Assembly (NCBI RefSeq): GCF_009914755.1
Contig: NC_060948.1
Source: the human T2T-CHM13v2.0 reference genome, Homo sapiens
Reading direction: 5' to 3' (one strand)
DNA: 64,000 nt
The position numbers and the translations under genes are program-made. The notes under the pieces were generated by a model. It did not search any database. It was given only the letters and a program-made list of their open reading frames with translations, and had not been told where the DNA came from. Positions 27,495 to 41,193 of the stretch are shown here, piece by piece. Position 1 is the first letter of the stretch. Every line of letters starts with the position of its first letter.

Positions 27495-30400
27495 GGGGGA
27501 CCGGGCTCAAGGGCCCCGTCTTTAGGGGCATATGGTCAGGATGACAGTCCGAGGTAAAGACACTGATTTTCTTGTAGATACCGGTGCTGAACATTTGGTA
27601 GTACACTCGGACCCAGCTTCTCCAAGGGTCCAAGAACTCTCCCACCATCTTCAGGGAGGCATTGGCTCAAGACCTCCAGAAGTTTCCCACCAGAGACCTA
27701 GGCTGAGTGTTGCTCCAGTAAGTTGATGACCTGCTGGGACACCCCATGACAGTCGGGTGCACCAAGGGAACGGATGCCCTCCTCTGGCACCTGGAGGACT
27801 GTAGGTATAAGGTGTCCAAGGAAAAAGCTCAGATCTGCCAACAGCAGGTACATTACTTGGGATTTACTATCTGACAGGTGTAGCACAGCCTGGGATCAGA
27901 AAGAAAGCAGGTCATTTGCCGTCTACAAGAGACTAAGACCAGAAGGCAGGTGAGAGAATTCTTAGGAGCTGTGGGTTTTTCCAGACTGTGGATCCCAAAC
28001 TTTGCAGTATTAGCCAAGCATTTGTATGAAGTCACAAAGTGAGGCGGTGTGGAGGGGGGTGGGGGTGCCGGGAACCATTTGAATGTGTTATACCCAAGCG
28101 AGTTAGAGAAAACTCCACACTTTGAGATGAATTAAGAGTCCTTTATTTAAGCTGGTGGCCAAAGAGACAGCTAATGCTCAAAATTCTCTCAGCCCAGAGA
28201 AGGGGCATGATTAACTTTTATACCTTGGTTTAGGGAGGGGAGGGAAGTTTAAATGCAATAATTCTACAGAAGTAAAAACATGCAACAATCAAAAAAAAAA
28301 AAACAAATGCTTACAGAGAGATAAACAATTTAAAAGACAACTGGTTACAAGAAAAGGAAAGGGAACCAGGTGCAGGGCTCTAAATCCTTCATTAGAGTTA
28401 GATATGGATGCTATGCTGGACACAGACTCAAGGCTTTATGTTGTTATCTCTTTGATCAAAATCCTGGGAAATTCATACATTGTTTGTTCCAGTACCTTAT
28501 CAGTTAATTGGGTTCCTTTGAAATGATGAGGATCTGCTTACACAAGTTAACTCCTTGAGGAAGGGGGTTGGGTAAGGAGCGCTTAGTGTCTTGTAAATCA
28601 CAGGGCCAAATGGAGTTCATCCAGCGTTCCCAGCTTAGAGAGAGTCTATTTACATGGGAAACAAGGCTAGGTAATTACAGAGACAAAAAGGGAAAATTTA
28701 AAAATAGTGAGTTAGAGTAAAAACAAGGTTAGGCATTACAAATGGGGATCCCAACAACAGTAAGCCTTTCATGAGTTACAGGAAAGACTTATGTCAGCCG
28801 CAGCCCTGGGGCTACCAGATCTGACATTTACATCTTATGTGTCAGAGAGAGAAAAGATGGCAGTTGGAGTTTTAACCCAAACTGTGGCGGCCTGGCTGCG
28901 GCCAGTGGTCTACCTCTCTAAACAACTAGATGGGGTTTCTAAAGGATGACCCCTGTGTTTGAGGGCCTTGGTAGAAACTGCCCTGCTAGTACAAGAGTGG
29001 ATAAGCTGACCTCGGGTGGAACCTGAACATAAAGGCCCCCTATGCTGTGGTGACTTTAATGAATACTAAAGGACATCATTGGCTAACCAATGCTAGACTC
29101 ACCAAGTACCAAAATTTGTTCTGTGAAAATCCCCATATATCCATTGAACTTTGTAACACCCTGAACCCTGCCACCTTGCTCCCAGTATCAGAGAGCCCTG
29201 TGGAACATGACTGTGTAGAAGTGTTGGACTCAGTTTACTCTAGCAGACCTGACCTCCAGGACTAGCCTTGGGCATCAGTAGACTGGGAACTATATGTGGA
29301 TGGGGGTAGCTTCATCAACCCGCAAGGAGAGAGATGTGCAGGGTATGCAGTGGTAACCCTCAGCACTGTTGTTGAAGCCAGATCTTTGCCCCAGGGCACT
29401 TCAGCCCAGAAAGCTGAACTCATTGCTTTAATTTGAGCCTTAGAACTCTGTGAAGGTAAGACTGTAAACATTTACACTGACTCTCGGTATGCCTTTTTAA
29501 ACTCTTCAAGTGCATGGAGCATTATATAAAGAAAAGGGCCTATAGAACTCTGGGGGAAAGGACATAAAATATCAACAAGAAATCTTGCAATTATTAGAAG
29601 CAATATGGAAACCCCACAAGGTGGCAGTTATGCATTGCAGAGGACATCAGCAAGCTTCAACCTTGGTGGGCTTGGGGAATTCCTGCACTGACTTAGAGGC
29701 TCAAAAAGCAGCATCTGACCTCTTCCAGGCCTCAATCACAGCCCCCCTGTTCCCTCAAGCACCTGGTCTTGTACCTACTTATTCTAAAGAAGAAAAAGAC
29801 TTTCTCCAGGCAGAGGGAGGACAGGTGATAAAGGAAGGATGGGTTCGGTTACCAGATGGGAGAGTAGCTGTGCCACAGATGCTAGGAGCTGCAGTTGTAC
29901 TGGCTGTTCATGAAACCACCCATCTAGGTAAGGAGTGACTTGAAAAGTTGTTAGGCCAGTATTTCTACATCTCACACTTGTCAGCCCTCACCAAAACAGT
30001 GACACAGCAGTGTGTTACCTGACAACAGCATAATGTGAGGCAAGGTCCAGCTGTTCCACCCAGCATACAAGCTTATGGAGCAGCCCCCTTTGAAGATCTC
30101 CAGGTGGACTTCACAGAGATGCCAAAGTGTAGAGGTAACAAGTATTTACTAGTTCTTCAGTGTACCTACTCTGGGTGGGTAGAGGCTTATCCAACACCAA
30201 CTGAGAAAGCTCGTGAAGTAACCCATGTGCTTCTTCGAGATCTTATTCCTAGATTTGGACTACCCTTACGGATCGGCTCAGATAACGGGCCATCATTTCT
30301 GACTGACTTGGCACAGAAGATAGCAAAGTATTGGGGATCACAAGGAAACTACATGCCACTTACGGGCCTCAGAGTTCCAGAAAGGTGGAGCAGATGAATC

Positions 30401-30960
30401 GGAGTATCAAACATAGTTTAGGGAAAGTATGTCAGGAAACACGATTAAAATGAATACAAGCTCTCCCTATGGTATTATTTAAAATAAGATGTATCCCTTC
30501 TAAAAGAACAAGATGTTCCCCTTATGAAATGTTATATCATAGGCCCCCTACCATATTGTGGGGACTTCCAGGCACTCCCCAAGAGTTAGGTGAAATTGAG
30601 TTACAGCGACAGGTACAGGTTTTAGGAAAAATTACACAAACAATCTCAGCCTGGGTAAATGAGCGGTGCCCTGTTAGCTTATTCTCCCCAGTTCACCTTT
30701 TCTCCCCAGGTGATTGAGTGTGGATCAAGGACTGGAACATAGCCTCTTTGTGCCCACAGTGGAAAGACCCCAGACTGTCATCCTGACGTCTCCCACCACT
30801 GTGAAGGTAGAGGGAATCCCAGCCTGGATCCACCAGAGCCATGTAAAACCTGCAGTGCCTGAAACCTAGGAGGCAAGACCATGCCTGGACAACCCTTGCA
30901 AAGTGACCCTGAAGAAGACCACAAGCTCTGCTCCAGTCACTCCCGGAAGCTGGCTGGTCC
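27495..30960 (+). pseudogene. pol: HERV-E pro-pol, disrupted, with an internal deletion and an LTR insertion
   Basis: FLVDTGA (protease), QGSKNSPTIF and LQ*VDD (RT), YVDGGS and SAQKAELIAL (RNase H), LQVDFTEMP and SDNGP (integrase); many stops. End coordinate approximate. Confidence 0.9.
28086..28740 (-). mobile_element. solo ERV1-class LTR (LTR6-related) inserted in HERV-E pol
   Basis: TG...CA ends; reverse starts TGTAATGCCTAACCTTGTTTTTACT; perfect 4-bp TSD AATG; removal restores PFEWGSQQQ. Exact subfamily uncertain. Confidence 0.88.
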
Positions 30961-30975
30961 ATGCACAGCCAAAGC

Positions 30976-33021
30976 ATGAGGAATCTCATCGTGGGATTCA
31001 TTTTTCTTAAATTTTGGACTTATACAGTAAAGGCTTCAACTGACATTACTCAAACTGGGGACTGTTCCCAGTGTATTCATCAGGTTGCTGAGGTAGGAGA
31101 GCAAATTAAAACAATCTTTCTGTTCTATAGTGATTATGAATGTATGGGAACATTAAAAGAAACTTGTTTGTATAATGCCACTCAGTAAAATGTATGTAGC
31201 CCGGGAAATGACCAACCTGATGTGTGGTAAAACCCATCTGAGCCCCCTGCAACCACTGTTTCTGAAATAAGATGAGGAACTGGCCTTTTCCTAAGTGATA
31301 CGAGTAAAATAATAACTAGAACAGAAGAAAAAGAAATCCCCAAAGAAGTACATTTAAGATTTGATGCTTGTGCAGCCATTAATAGTAAAAAGCTAGAAAC
31401 AGGATGTGGTTCTCTTAACTGAGAAAGGAGTTACAGAGTAGAAAATAAATATGTTTATCACAAGTCAGGGGTTTGTGAAAATTGTGCCTTTTGTCCATGT
31501 GTTATTTGGGCTAGTTGGAAAAAGGACAAAAAAGACCCAGTTCATCTTCAGAAGGGGGAAGCCAACACCTCCTGCTCCGCCAGTCACTGTAACACATTAG
31601 AACTAATAATTACCAATACTCTAGATCCCCATTGGAAAAAGGGAGAATGTGTAACCCTAGGGATCAATGGGAGAGGGTTAAACCCCCAAGTTGCCATTTT
31701 TGTTTGAGGGGAGGTCCACAAGCGCTCTAAAAAATCAGTGTTTCAAAGCTTTCATGAGGAGCTGAATCTGCCAGAACCAGAACTTCCAAAAAAGCAAAAA
31801 AATTGTTTCTCCCATTAGCAGAAAATGTAGCTTATTCCCCTAATGTTACTTCTTGTTCTGTATGTGAGGGAACCACTATCAGAGACCAATGGCCTTGGGA
31901 AGCCCGAGAGTTGGTACCCACTGATCCAGCTCCTGATATAATTCCAGTTCAGAAGGCCAAAGCTAGCAACTTCTGGGTCCTAAAAACCTCAATTATTGGA
32001 CAATACTGTATAGCCAGAGAAGGAAAAGACTTTATCATCCCTGTGGGAAAGCTTAATTGTATAGGACAGAAGTTGTACAACAGCACAACAAAGACAATTA
32101 CTTGTTGGGCACTAAATCACACTGAAAATAACCCATTTAGTAAATTTTCTAAATTAAAAACTGCCTGGGCTCATCCAGAATCTCACCAGCACTGGACAGC
32201 TCCCGCTGGACTATACTGGATATGTGGGCACAGAGCCTACATTCGGTTACCTAACACACAGGCAGGCAGTTGTGCTATTGGCGCTATTAAGCCATCCTTT
32301 TACTTATTACCCATAAAAATGGGTGATCTTCTAGGTTTCCCTGTCTACGCCTCCTGAGAAAAGAGAGGCATAGTTATAGAAACTAGAAAGATAACGAGTG
32401 GCCCTCTGAAAGGATCATACAGTATTATGGGCCTGCCACATGGGCACAAGATGGCTCATTGGGATACCGAACACCCATATACATGCTCAATCATATCATA
32501 TGGTTTCAGGCCATCTTAAAAATAAGTGATAATGAAACTGGCAGAGCTTTGACTGTTTTAGCTCAGCAGGAAACCCAAATGAGGAATGCTATCTATCAGA
32601 ATAGACTGGCCTTGGACTACTTGCTGGCAGCTGAAGGAGGAGTCTGTGGAAAATTTAACTCAATCAATTGCTGCCTACAAACAGATGATCAAGGACAGGT
32701 GGCTGAAAACATAGTCAAGGACATGACAAAGTTGGCACATGTGCCTGTACAGATTTGGCATGAGCTTGATCCTGGGTCTTTATTTGGAAAATGGTTTCCA
32801 GCTATAGGAGGATTTAAAACCCTCATTATAGGTGTATTGTTAGTAATAGGAACTTGCTTGCTGCTCCCTTGTGTATTACCCTTGCTTTTTCAAATGATAC
32901 AGGTTTTGTTGCTACTTTGGTTCATCAGAAAACTTCAGCACACGTGTATTATATGAATCACTATCGCTTTATCTCATGAAGAGACTCAGAATGTGAGGAT
33001 GAAAGTGAGAACTCCCACTAA
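30976..33021 (+). pseudogene. env: HERV-E env, disrupted
   Basis: MRNLIVGFIFLKFWTYTV leader; furin site decayed to *EKR (~32355); [21 protein letters not shown]; CX6CC; TM anchor; multiple stops. Confidence 0.92.
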
Positions 33022-33049
33022 GAAAGTAAATGTTCTCAAAGGGGGGAAA

Positions 33050-33221
33050 TATGGAATGAGACCACCACTTCTCCTGTTGTCCTTCCCAGCTTCTCCCCCA
33101 CCTCCCCTTTTGTCTAGTTTATAAGGCAGGAGAAAAGGGAGAAACCAAAAAGTTGGAAAGAAACAGAAGTAAGATAAATAGCTAGATGAACTTGGCACCA
33201 ACACCTGGCCCTGGTGGTTAA

Positions 33222-33263
<42 letters not shown>

Positions 33264-33567
33264 CCCTGACCAAAACTACTCGTGTTATCTGTAAATTCCA
33301 GACATTGTATGAGAAATCACTGTAAAACTTTTTGTTCTGTCAGCTGATGTATGTAGCCTCCAGTCATGTTCCTCATGCTTACTTGATCTATGATGACCCT
33401 TTCACGTGGACCCCTTAGAGTTGTAAGCCCTTAAAAGGACAGGAATTTCTTTTTTGGGGAGCTCGGCTCTTAAGACATGAGTCTGCTGACGCTCCCCGCT
33501 GAATACAAACCTCTTCCTTCTGTAATCCTGTGTCTGAGGAGTTCTGTCTGTGGCTTGTCCTGCTATA
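33050..33567 (+). mobile_element. HERV-E 3' LTR (LTR2B-like)
   Basis: Follows the PPT; homologous to the 5' LTR; ends TGCTATA (CA decayed). Confidence 0.93.
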
Positions 33568-33618
33568 AATGAAATCTGTTAACTTTCTTTGTAATTTCCC
33601 ATTTCAAAAGTGATTCTT

Positions 33619-36064
33619 TTTTATTCCTTTTTTATTATTATACTTTAAGTTCTAGGGTACATATGCACAACATGCAGGTTTGTTACATATGTATGCATGT
33701 GCCATGTTGATGTGCTGCACCCATTAACTCATCATTTACATTAGATATATCTCCTAATGCTATCCCTCCCCCAACCCTACAATAGGTCCCTGTGTGTGAT
33801 GTCCGCTTTCCTGTGTCCATGTGTTCTCATCATTCACTTCCCACCTATGAGTGAGAACATGTGATGATTGGTTTTTTATCCTTGCAATAGTTTGCTGAGA
33901 ATGATGGTTTCCAGTTTCATCCATGTCCCTACAAAGGACATGAACTCAACCTTTTTTGTGGCTGCATCATATTCCATGGTGTATATGTGCCACATTTTCT
34001 TAATCCAGTCTATCATTGTTGGACATTTGGGTTGGTTCCATGTCTTTGCTATTGTGAATTGTGCCACAATAAACATATGTGTGCATCTGTCTTTATAACA
34101 GCATGATTTATAATACTTTGGGAATATACCCAGTAATTGGATGGCTGGGTCAAATGGTATTTCTAGTTCTAGATCCCTGAGGAATCACCACACTGTCTTC
34201 CACAATGGTTGAACTAGTTTACAGACCCACCAACAATGTAAAACTGTTCCTATTTCTCCACATCCTCTCCAGCACCTGCTGTTTCCTGACTTTCTAATGA
34301 TTGCCATTCTAACTGGTATGAGACAGTATCTCACTGTGGTTTTGATTTGCATTTCTCTGATGGTCAGTGATGATGAGCATTTTCTCTTGTGTCTGTTGGC
34401 TGCATAAATGTCTTCTTTTCAGAAATGTCTGTTCATATCCTTTGCCTACTAGTTGATGGAGTTGTTTGTTTTTTTCTTCTAAATTTGTTTAAGTTCCTGG
34501 TAGATTCTGGATATTAGTCATTTGTCAGATGAGTTGGTTGCAAAAATTTTCTCCCATTCTGTAGGTTGTCCATTCACTTTGATGGTAGTTTCTTTTGCTG
34601 CACAGAAGCTCTTTCCTTTAATTAGAACCCATTTGTCAATTTTGGCTTTTGTTTCATTGCTTTTCGTGTTTTAGACATGAAGTCCTTGCCCACGCCTATG
34701 TCCTGAATGGTATTGCCTAGGTTTTATTCTGTTTTTTTTTTGTTTTTTTTTTTTTTTTTATGGTTTTAGGTCTAACATGTAAGTCTTTAGTTCATTTTGA
34801 ATTAATTTTTGTAGAAGTTGGAAGGAAGGGATCCAGTTTCAGCTTTCTACATATGGCTAACCTGTTTTCCCAACACCATTTGTTAAAGAGGGAATCCTTT
34901 CCCAATTTCTTGTTTTTGTCAGGTTTGTCAAAGATCAGATAGTTGTAGATGTGTGGTATTATTTCTGAGGGCTCTGTTCTGTTCCATTGGTCTATATCTC
35001 TGTTTTGGTACCAGTACCATGCTGTTTTGGTTACTGTAGCCTTGAAGCATAGTTTGAAGTCAGGTAGTGTGATGCCTCCAGCTTTGTTCTTTTGGTTTAA
35101 GATGGACTTGGCAATGCAGACTCTTTTTTGGTTCCATATGAACTTTAAAGTAGTTTTTTCCAATTCTGTGAAGAAAGTCATTGGTAGCTCTAGGGCGATG
35201 GCATTGAATCTATAAATTACCTTGGGCAGTATGGCCATTTTCACGATATTGAGTCTTCCTATACATGAGCATGGAATGTTATTCCATTTGTTTGTGTCCT
35301 CTTTTATTTCACTGAGCAGTGGTTTGTAGTTCTCCTTGAAGAGGTCCTTCACATCCCTTGTAAGTTGGATTCCTAGGTATTTTATTCTCTTTGAAGCAAT
35401 TGTGAACGGGAGTTCACTCATGATTTGGCTTTCTGTTTGTCTGTTATTTGTGTATAAGAATGCTTGTGATTTTTGCAGATTGATTTTGTATCCTGAGACT
35501 TTGCTGAATTTGCTTATCAGCTTAAGGAGATTTTGGGCTTAGACCCTGAGGTTTTCTAGATATACAATCATGTCATCTGTGAACAGGGAAAATTTGACTT
35601 CCTCTTTTCCTAATTGAATATGCTTTATATCTTTCTCCTGCCTGATTGTCCTGGCCTGAACTTCCAACACTATGTGGAATAGGAGTGGTGAGAGAGGGCA
35701 TCCCTGTCTTGTGCCAGTTTTCAAAGGGAATGCTTCCAGTTTTTGCCCACTCAGTATGATATTGGCTGGGGGTTTGTCATAGTCAGCTCTTATTATTTTG
35801 AGATACATTCCATCAATGCCTAATTTATTGAGAGTTTCTGGCATGAAGTGCTGTTGAATTTTGTCAAAGGCCTTTTCTGCATCTATCTATTGAGATAATC
35901 ATGTGGTTTTTGTCTTTGGTTCTGTTTATGTGTTGGATTACGTTTATTGATCTGCCTATGTTGAACCAGCCTTGCATCCCCGGGATGAAGCCCTCTTGAT
36001 CATGGTGGATAAGCTTTTTGATGTGCTGCTGGATTTGGTTCGCCAGTATTTTACTGAGGATTTT
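33619..36064 (-). mobile_element. 5'-truncated L1PA (younger subfamily)
   Basis: Antisense 3' UTR plus ORF2 RT region ([21 protein letters not shown]); TSD AA(A/C)AGTGATTCTT at 33606-33618 and 36065-36077. Confidence 0.95.
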
Positions 36065-36805
36065 AACAGTGATTCTTAAAAACACACACACACTCACAAA
36101 CTTGAAGAGATTAACGAATGATCTTATTGTGTTTGTGATAGGTCTGGAAACAAAAAATTCTTAAAGAGAGAACCAAGCTCTGAGTATTTATGGCATTTAA
36201 CAAGTTTTTCTCTGCTAGAATGAATACTTTATTAAACCAAGTAAACCTCAATAAGCAAATACAATTGTGATCAAATATGGTATTTATGATGGCTGCAGTG
36301 AAACAAGAATACATTTCTTGAGGTCTCTTGAAGTCGTTATAGAGTCTTGATTTTGAATTTGACTGTCAATCTTCAGAGTTTTTCTTTTATCATATTTCTA
36401 TTTGCATACCACAGAGAAACCACTATGGATGTACAAAGAATGATATTTCACTGGCATGTTGCAAACAATGGTATTAACAGAGACTGTAACTGAGAAACAA
36501 AGAAATGGAACTTGAGAGACACAGCCAAGATATGATCTATTAATATTTAAATTGAGTTTCTAATTGGAGACAAGTCTATGTTCATTGCCTTAAAGAACAG
36601 AGTTTTTTTTTTATTTCCTTGCTGAGCGTTTCTTCAGTGAGAGTATATAATTTTATTTCACCTTTTTTAAAATTTTTTCTTGCTTCACTTCTCAAAACAG
36701 ACAAAAGCTCCTTATTGTATAGAATAGAAGGCAAATTCTTTATCAATTATTTCAGAGTCAGTTACAATTTGGCTCCAAACCATTTTTCTCATAGTATACC
36801 TCTAA

Positions 36806-36870
36806 ATGATGATGATGATGATGATGATGATAATGATGATGATGATGATGATGATGATAGTGATAATAGT
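36806..36870. repeat. (GAT)n trinucleotide repeat
   Basis: Interrupted GAT run. Confidence 0.95.
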
Positions 36871-39558
36871 ACATTTTGCTGATGATTTCTGACAAGGCGT
36901 CATTAACTTTTGTAAGCCCATTATGTACATTATCTAATTTAATCTTCATAACAACCTTCTTTCCAGCTTTCATTTTCGAGATGTGCAATTTGAGGCTCAA
37001 AAAGTACAGGTGAATTGCCCAAGGTGAAATAGTCACTTTGAGCCCAGGGATGGTGCATTAACTCCCTTATTATTTATAGCCAGGCTACACAGACCTACAT
37101 GTCATGACCTAAATATCTTAATATCAGATGTGCACGTATTTGCTTGTCTTTTTCTTAACCCCCAGAGGCATTGACACTCCTCATCTACAGTCAAATTCTT
37201 CTTCAACTTTTAAAAATACTTAAATGTTCTTTTAAAATGCTGAGAAATTCCATGCTACACCACTCCAACACAGATCATTCATGTAACTCCTTTTCTCCAA
37301 AATCAAATGAAAACACAGCCACAAGCTTGACATGGAATCTGAGTGAGACACAGCTGAGTGTGGGTGTCAGAGGGATCTAGTGTTAAGACAAGTTTTCTAC
37401 CATAAATTGGGTTGAGGAATGCCAACTCTTTTCACTCTTCTTCTTGAAGTAATTTGTGCTAACAATTCTGTGCTTCTGATCAAACTTCTACATCCTGTAG
37501 CCAATAGATAACTGAAAGTTATGAGTAAGTAAGATGTTATTAAGCCTATTTTAATATACCCAATCCATACTTGCACTGGTCTCTATATAGTATTAATTAA
37601 CAATGTTGCTGGGATTGCCTTTTTCTAGATAGCTTAACCCAGGATGTGACAAGTGGTTTTTGTAGATGAATATTGCTCTGTCATTAAGCCAATATCTACC
37701 ACTCCCTCGTGTTCCATAATTTTGAGCCAATAATGATCTTTCCCATATGTAGAGAAATTAAAAAAAGAATGTTCCGTATATAACATAATAAATGTCTGGC
37801 TTTCCTCATACAAATGATTATCAAAATGCTCTGAAAAGGAAGAGTACAGTTACAATATCTTCATTAATTTTCCTCCTAAGACCTCTAAAATAACATTGAT
37901 CAGAGACTTACTGAAAATCCAATTCTCAACTGAGATAATATTCAGTTATTAATTTATTCATTCTTGTCTTTATTCACTTAGAACAACATGTATGGAAACA
38001 TTTGGAAACCGATCCAATAACCTCTACAATATTGTAATGTCTATGAGACAATGTACCATTTATAGATTAATGCGTATACATCATTATATGCCATGAGGCA
38101 TATCTCCTATACAAATTTCTAAAAATATAGTAAGAACAAATAAAGGCCTTCCAACTAAGCCAAATACAATAGCTGTTTTTATCTGTACATTATTTTGTTT
38201 TTATTTTCAAAAGAAGAGAGATATATACCAATATGTGTAAGATAGAAGATATTTAATGGAAAAGAAACCTGTTAAGAAATCACCAGCCTTTATTTCATAA
38301 AATAATATAACAATATTAAGGAACATGCATAGAGAATGTATGACTAGGTAGCACTAACAAGTCACACTTTTATGTGGCCCAGAATTCTAAAAGTTTGTAG
38401 CAAGTCATTTTTCTTAAACCTAATGTGTTATGGTAATATTCATTTGAAGTTAGCATAAAAAGAAAATCTGAAATTTTTTAAATACTCAAATGATTGAGTA
38501 CTTGCCTTCTGTTTTCTGCTGTGCTAAGCAATGAAGGAGCTTCAAGGTTATATAAAGCATGAAACTTGTCTTCCATGAGGTTACCATCTAATTTGGAAGG
38601 CTTCTAATGTGACTGTCCCAGATGACCCCCTTGTGAAATGCCCCTAGTGGTCTCAGAAGGCCTCAGAGTTATTTCCTTCAAAAGCAGTTGAAATAAGGAG
38701 GTAGTTAAATTAATTTATACAACACATTTCCATTAGGTAGTTCCCTGGTATTATTAAAATAAAATGTTCATATGTTAATTTAATTTCTACTAGTGACTTC
38801 ATAAAATTAGATTCCCTAAAGTCATACACAAAAAGAAAATTACCATAATTTTTTACTCTCTCCATCAAAGTTTGTACAGAACCAATCTATATATAGTTCA
38901 TAAAAATAAACACCACTTACACAGTAAAATCAGGTTGCATCAACTTCCGAATGTGACAAGTAATGATTCAGTAAAATATTAACATTTGTAATTCTAACCT
39001 TTCATTGTAGTTTCCTCATTGTGGCATGTGAGAAATACATAGCTGATTATCTTCTAATAAAATTTATCCAAATTCAGTAGCCAGTTAAGCCTCAGTAATT
39101 GGTGTGTTATTTCATTATTTATTTTCTTAGTTTAAAAAAATTATAAAGGCTACACACTAAACCAATGCAAATAAGTTGTGAGCTAATTGTCCCATTTTAT
39201 GTAATATCATAACAGTAGAAGAAAGATCTACGGTGACTTATGAGGGGGAAAACAAAAGAGTGAAAGGAAAAGGATATGCCAGTGATGAGCTACTGCAGCC
39301 TTTTCAAAATGGTATTTTTCAGATTTTATTTTATGGGGAGCTAAGAAATGTAAGTGTTGGGGAAAAAAAAGAAAGACAAGAAAAAAAGAAAAGAAAGGTT
39401 TTTCATGACAAAATAAGTTCTTAACATTGCAGGACTTTTCTGATACTTTACAATGTCCATAAATATGGAAAAACTATAAGTGAAAAATAAAATATTTGAT
39501 GGCAGAACCCCTTACCCATCCTCTTTTAAAGCAACTATTATCAAGTACTGTTAAGGGT

Positions 39559-39880
39559 GAGGTTGACAATCTCCTTCTGTAAAGGGCCAGGTATGCCTGA
39601 CAGGCCTTAGGGTCTTTTGTTCAGCTACCCAGCTGTATTGATGCAACACAAAAGCAGCCATAGACAATATGTAAAAGAATTAGTGTGACTGTGTTCCCAC
39701 AAAACTTGATTTATAAACAATGACATATGAATCTTCTGTACTTTTCACATCACAATACTATTCATTTTTGACTTTTTTAAACATTGAAATATGTAAAAAT
39801 TTATTCTTGTCTCACAAAGCATACACAAAGAGAGAGTAGGCAGAGTTTAACACATAGGTCACAGGGGGGCCAACACTTGA
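39559..39880. mobile_element. MER58B-like hAT-Charlie MITE
   Basis: TTCTGTAAAGGGCCAG...AAAGCAGCCATAGACAATATGTAAA...GTGACTGTGTTCC. Confidence 0.75.
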
Positions 39881-40783
39881 TCTAGAGGAAACAGGAACTG
39901 CATTGTGCAGACTCTGTCTCTTTTTCCAGAAACATACATTCCACATTGGAAAAGACAACTATATTACCTCTTCCTTGTTAAGGGAAAAGGGATTGAGGAT
40001 GAGCTAAACTCAGATGTGGCCATGTGGTTTCCAGCCAGGTTGCTCAAAACTGAAAAGATATCTTCCATTTTCAAATGATTTATTGCATGGGCTTTGGGGT
40101 GAGAATAAATTGAATTCATATCTAACTTTTACTACACACAAGGTATGAGTCTTCACATAAATCACTTGACCAACTGGAACCTCTGCTTTCACTGCTAAAG
40201 AGTAGTACCTACAACACAAGGTTGTAGTGATAATTAAATAAGCATTGAAAACAGTAGCTATCACCACAGAGTGTTTCCCAAACAGTAGTGTCACTTCATT
40301 CTTAGTTTGTATTTATGCATATGGTTTGTCTACTGATTATTATTTTCATGTTGAGCAAGTTGCATCTGCTGCTTATTATCAAGAGTGAAAGTCTGAGCAC
40401 TCCTACCCACTACCTCTTGGTATTGGAGTCACTGAGGAAAACACAAGGCAGTCAAGCACTGGTGCATAGAGAAGAAACAAAGAAAGATCAGCTTCAGTAG
40501 TGGGTGCCATTCCCCCATGGCCAGTGGGTCCCTCTTGGCCGTTGACACAGGCAATTGGCCTCCACACACCCCTCTTGTGTCACAGCAGAAGGACTTTACC
40601 TTCTCCCCGCTGGGGTTGGCCAGTCCAAAGGAGTGAACATTGAGTCTAAAACAGAAAAATACCCCCAAGCAAGGTGACAAGTGTAGGACAGGCTGTGGGG
40701 ATTCTTTATCTCTTCGTAAGGAAGTGCTCCTGGACCAATGCCCATTTGTATGTGTCAAAAAGGAGATAGAAAGACTGCACACA

Positions 40784-41193
<410 letters not shown>

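Larger units (their letters stand above)
24830..33567 (+). mobile_element. HERV-E provirus (LTR2B-type LTRs), defective
   Basis: Two homologous LTRs, tRNA-Glu PBS, decayed gag/pro/pol/env, and polypurine tract AAAGGGGGGAAA before the 3' LTR. Confidence 0.95.

Noticed and set aside
31803-32956. env ORFs of 184 and 165 aa as a domesticated envelope
   Set aside because: They are separated from the leader by several stops and frameshifts, and the furin-site codon is a stop.
34792-35844. 209-aa and 101-aa RT-like ORFs
   Set aside because: They are fragments of a truncated, frameshifted L1 ORF2.
36619-37036. Poly-Asp (+) and poly-His (-) ORFs
   Set aside because: Both are readings of the (GAT)n microsatellite.
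40395-40630. GC-richer segment resembling an old LTR
   Set aside because: I could not assign termini or family with confidence.
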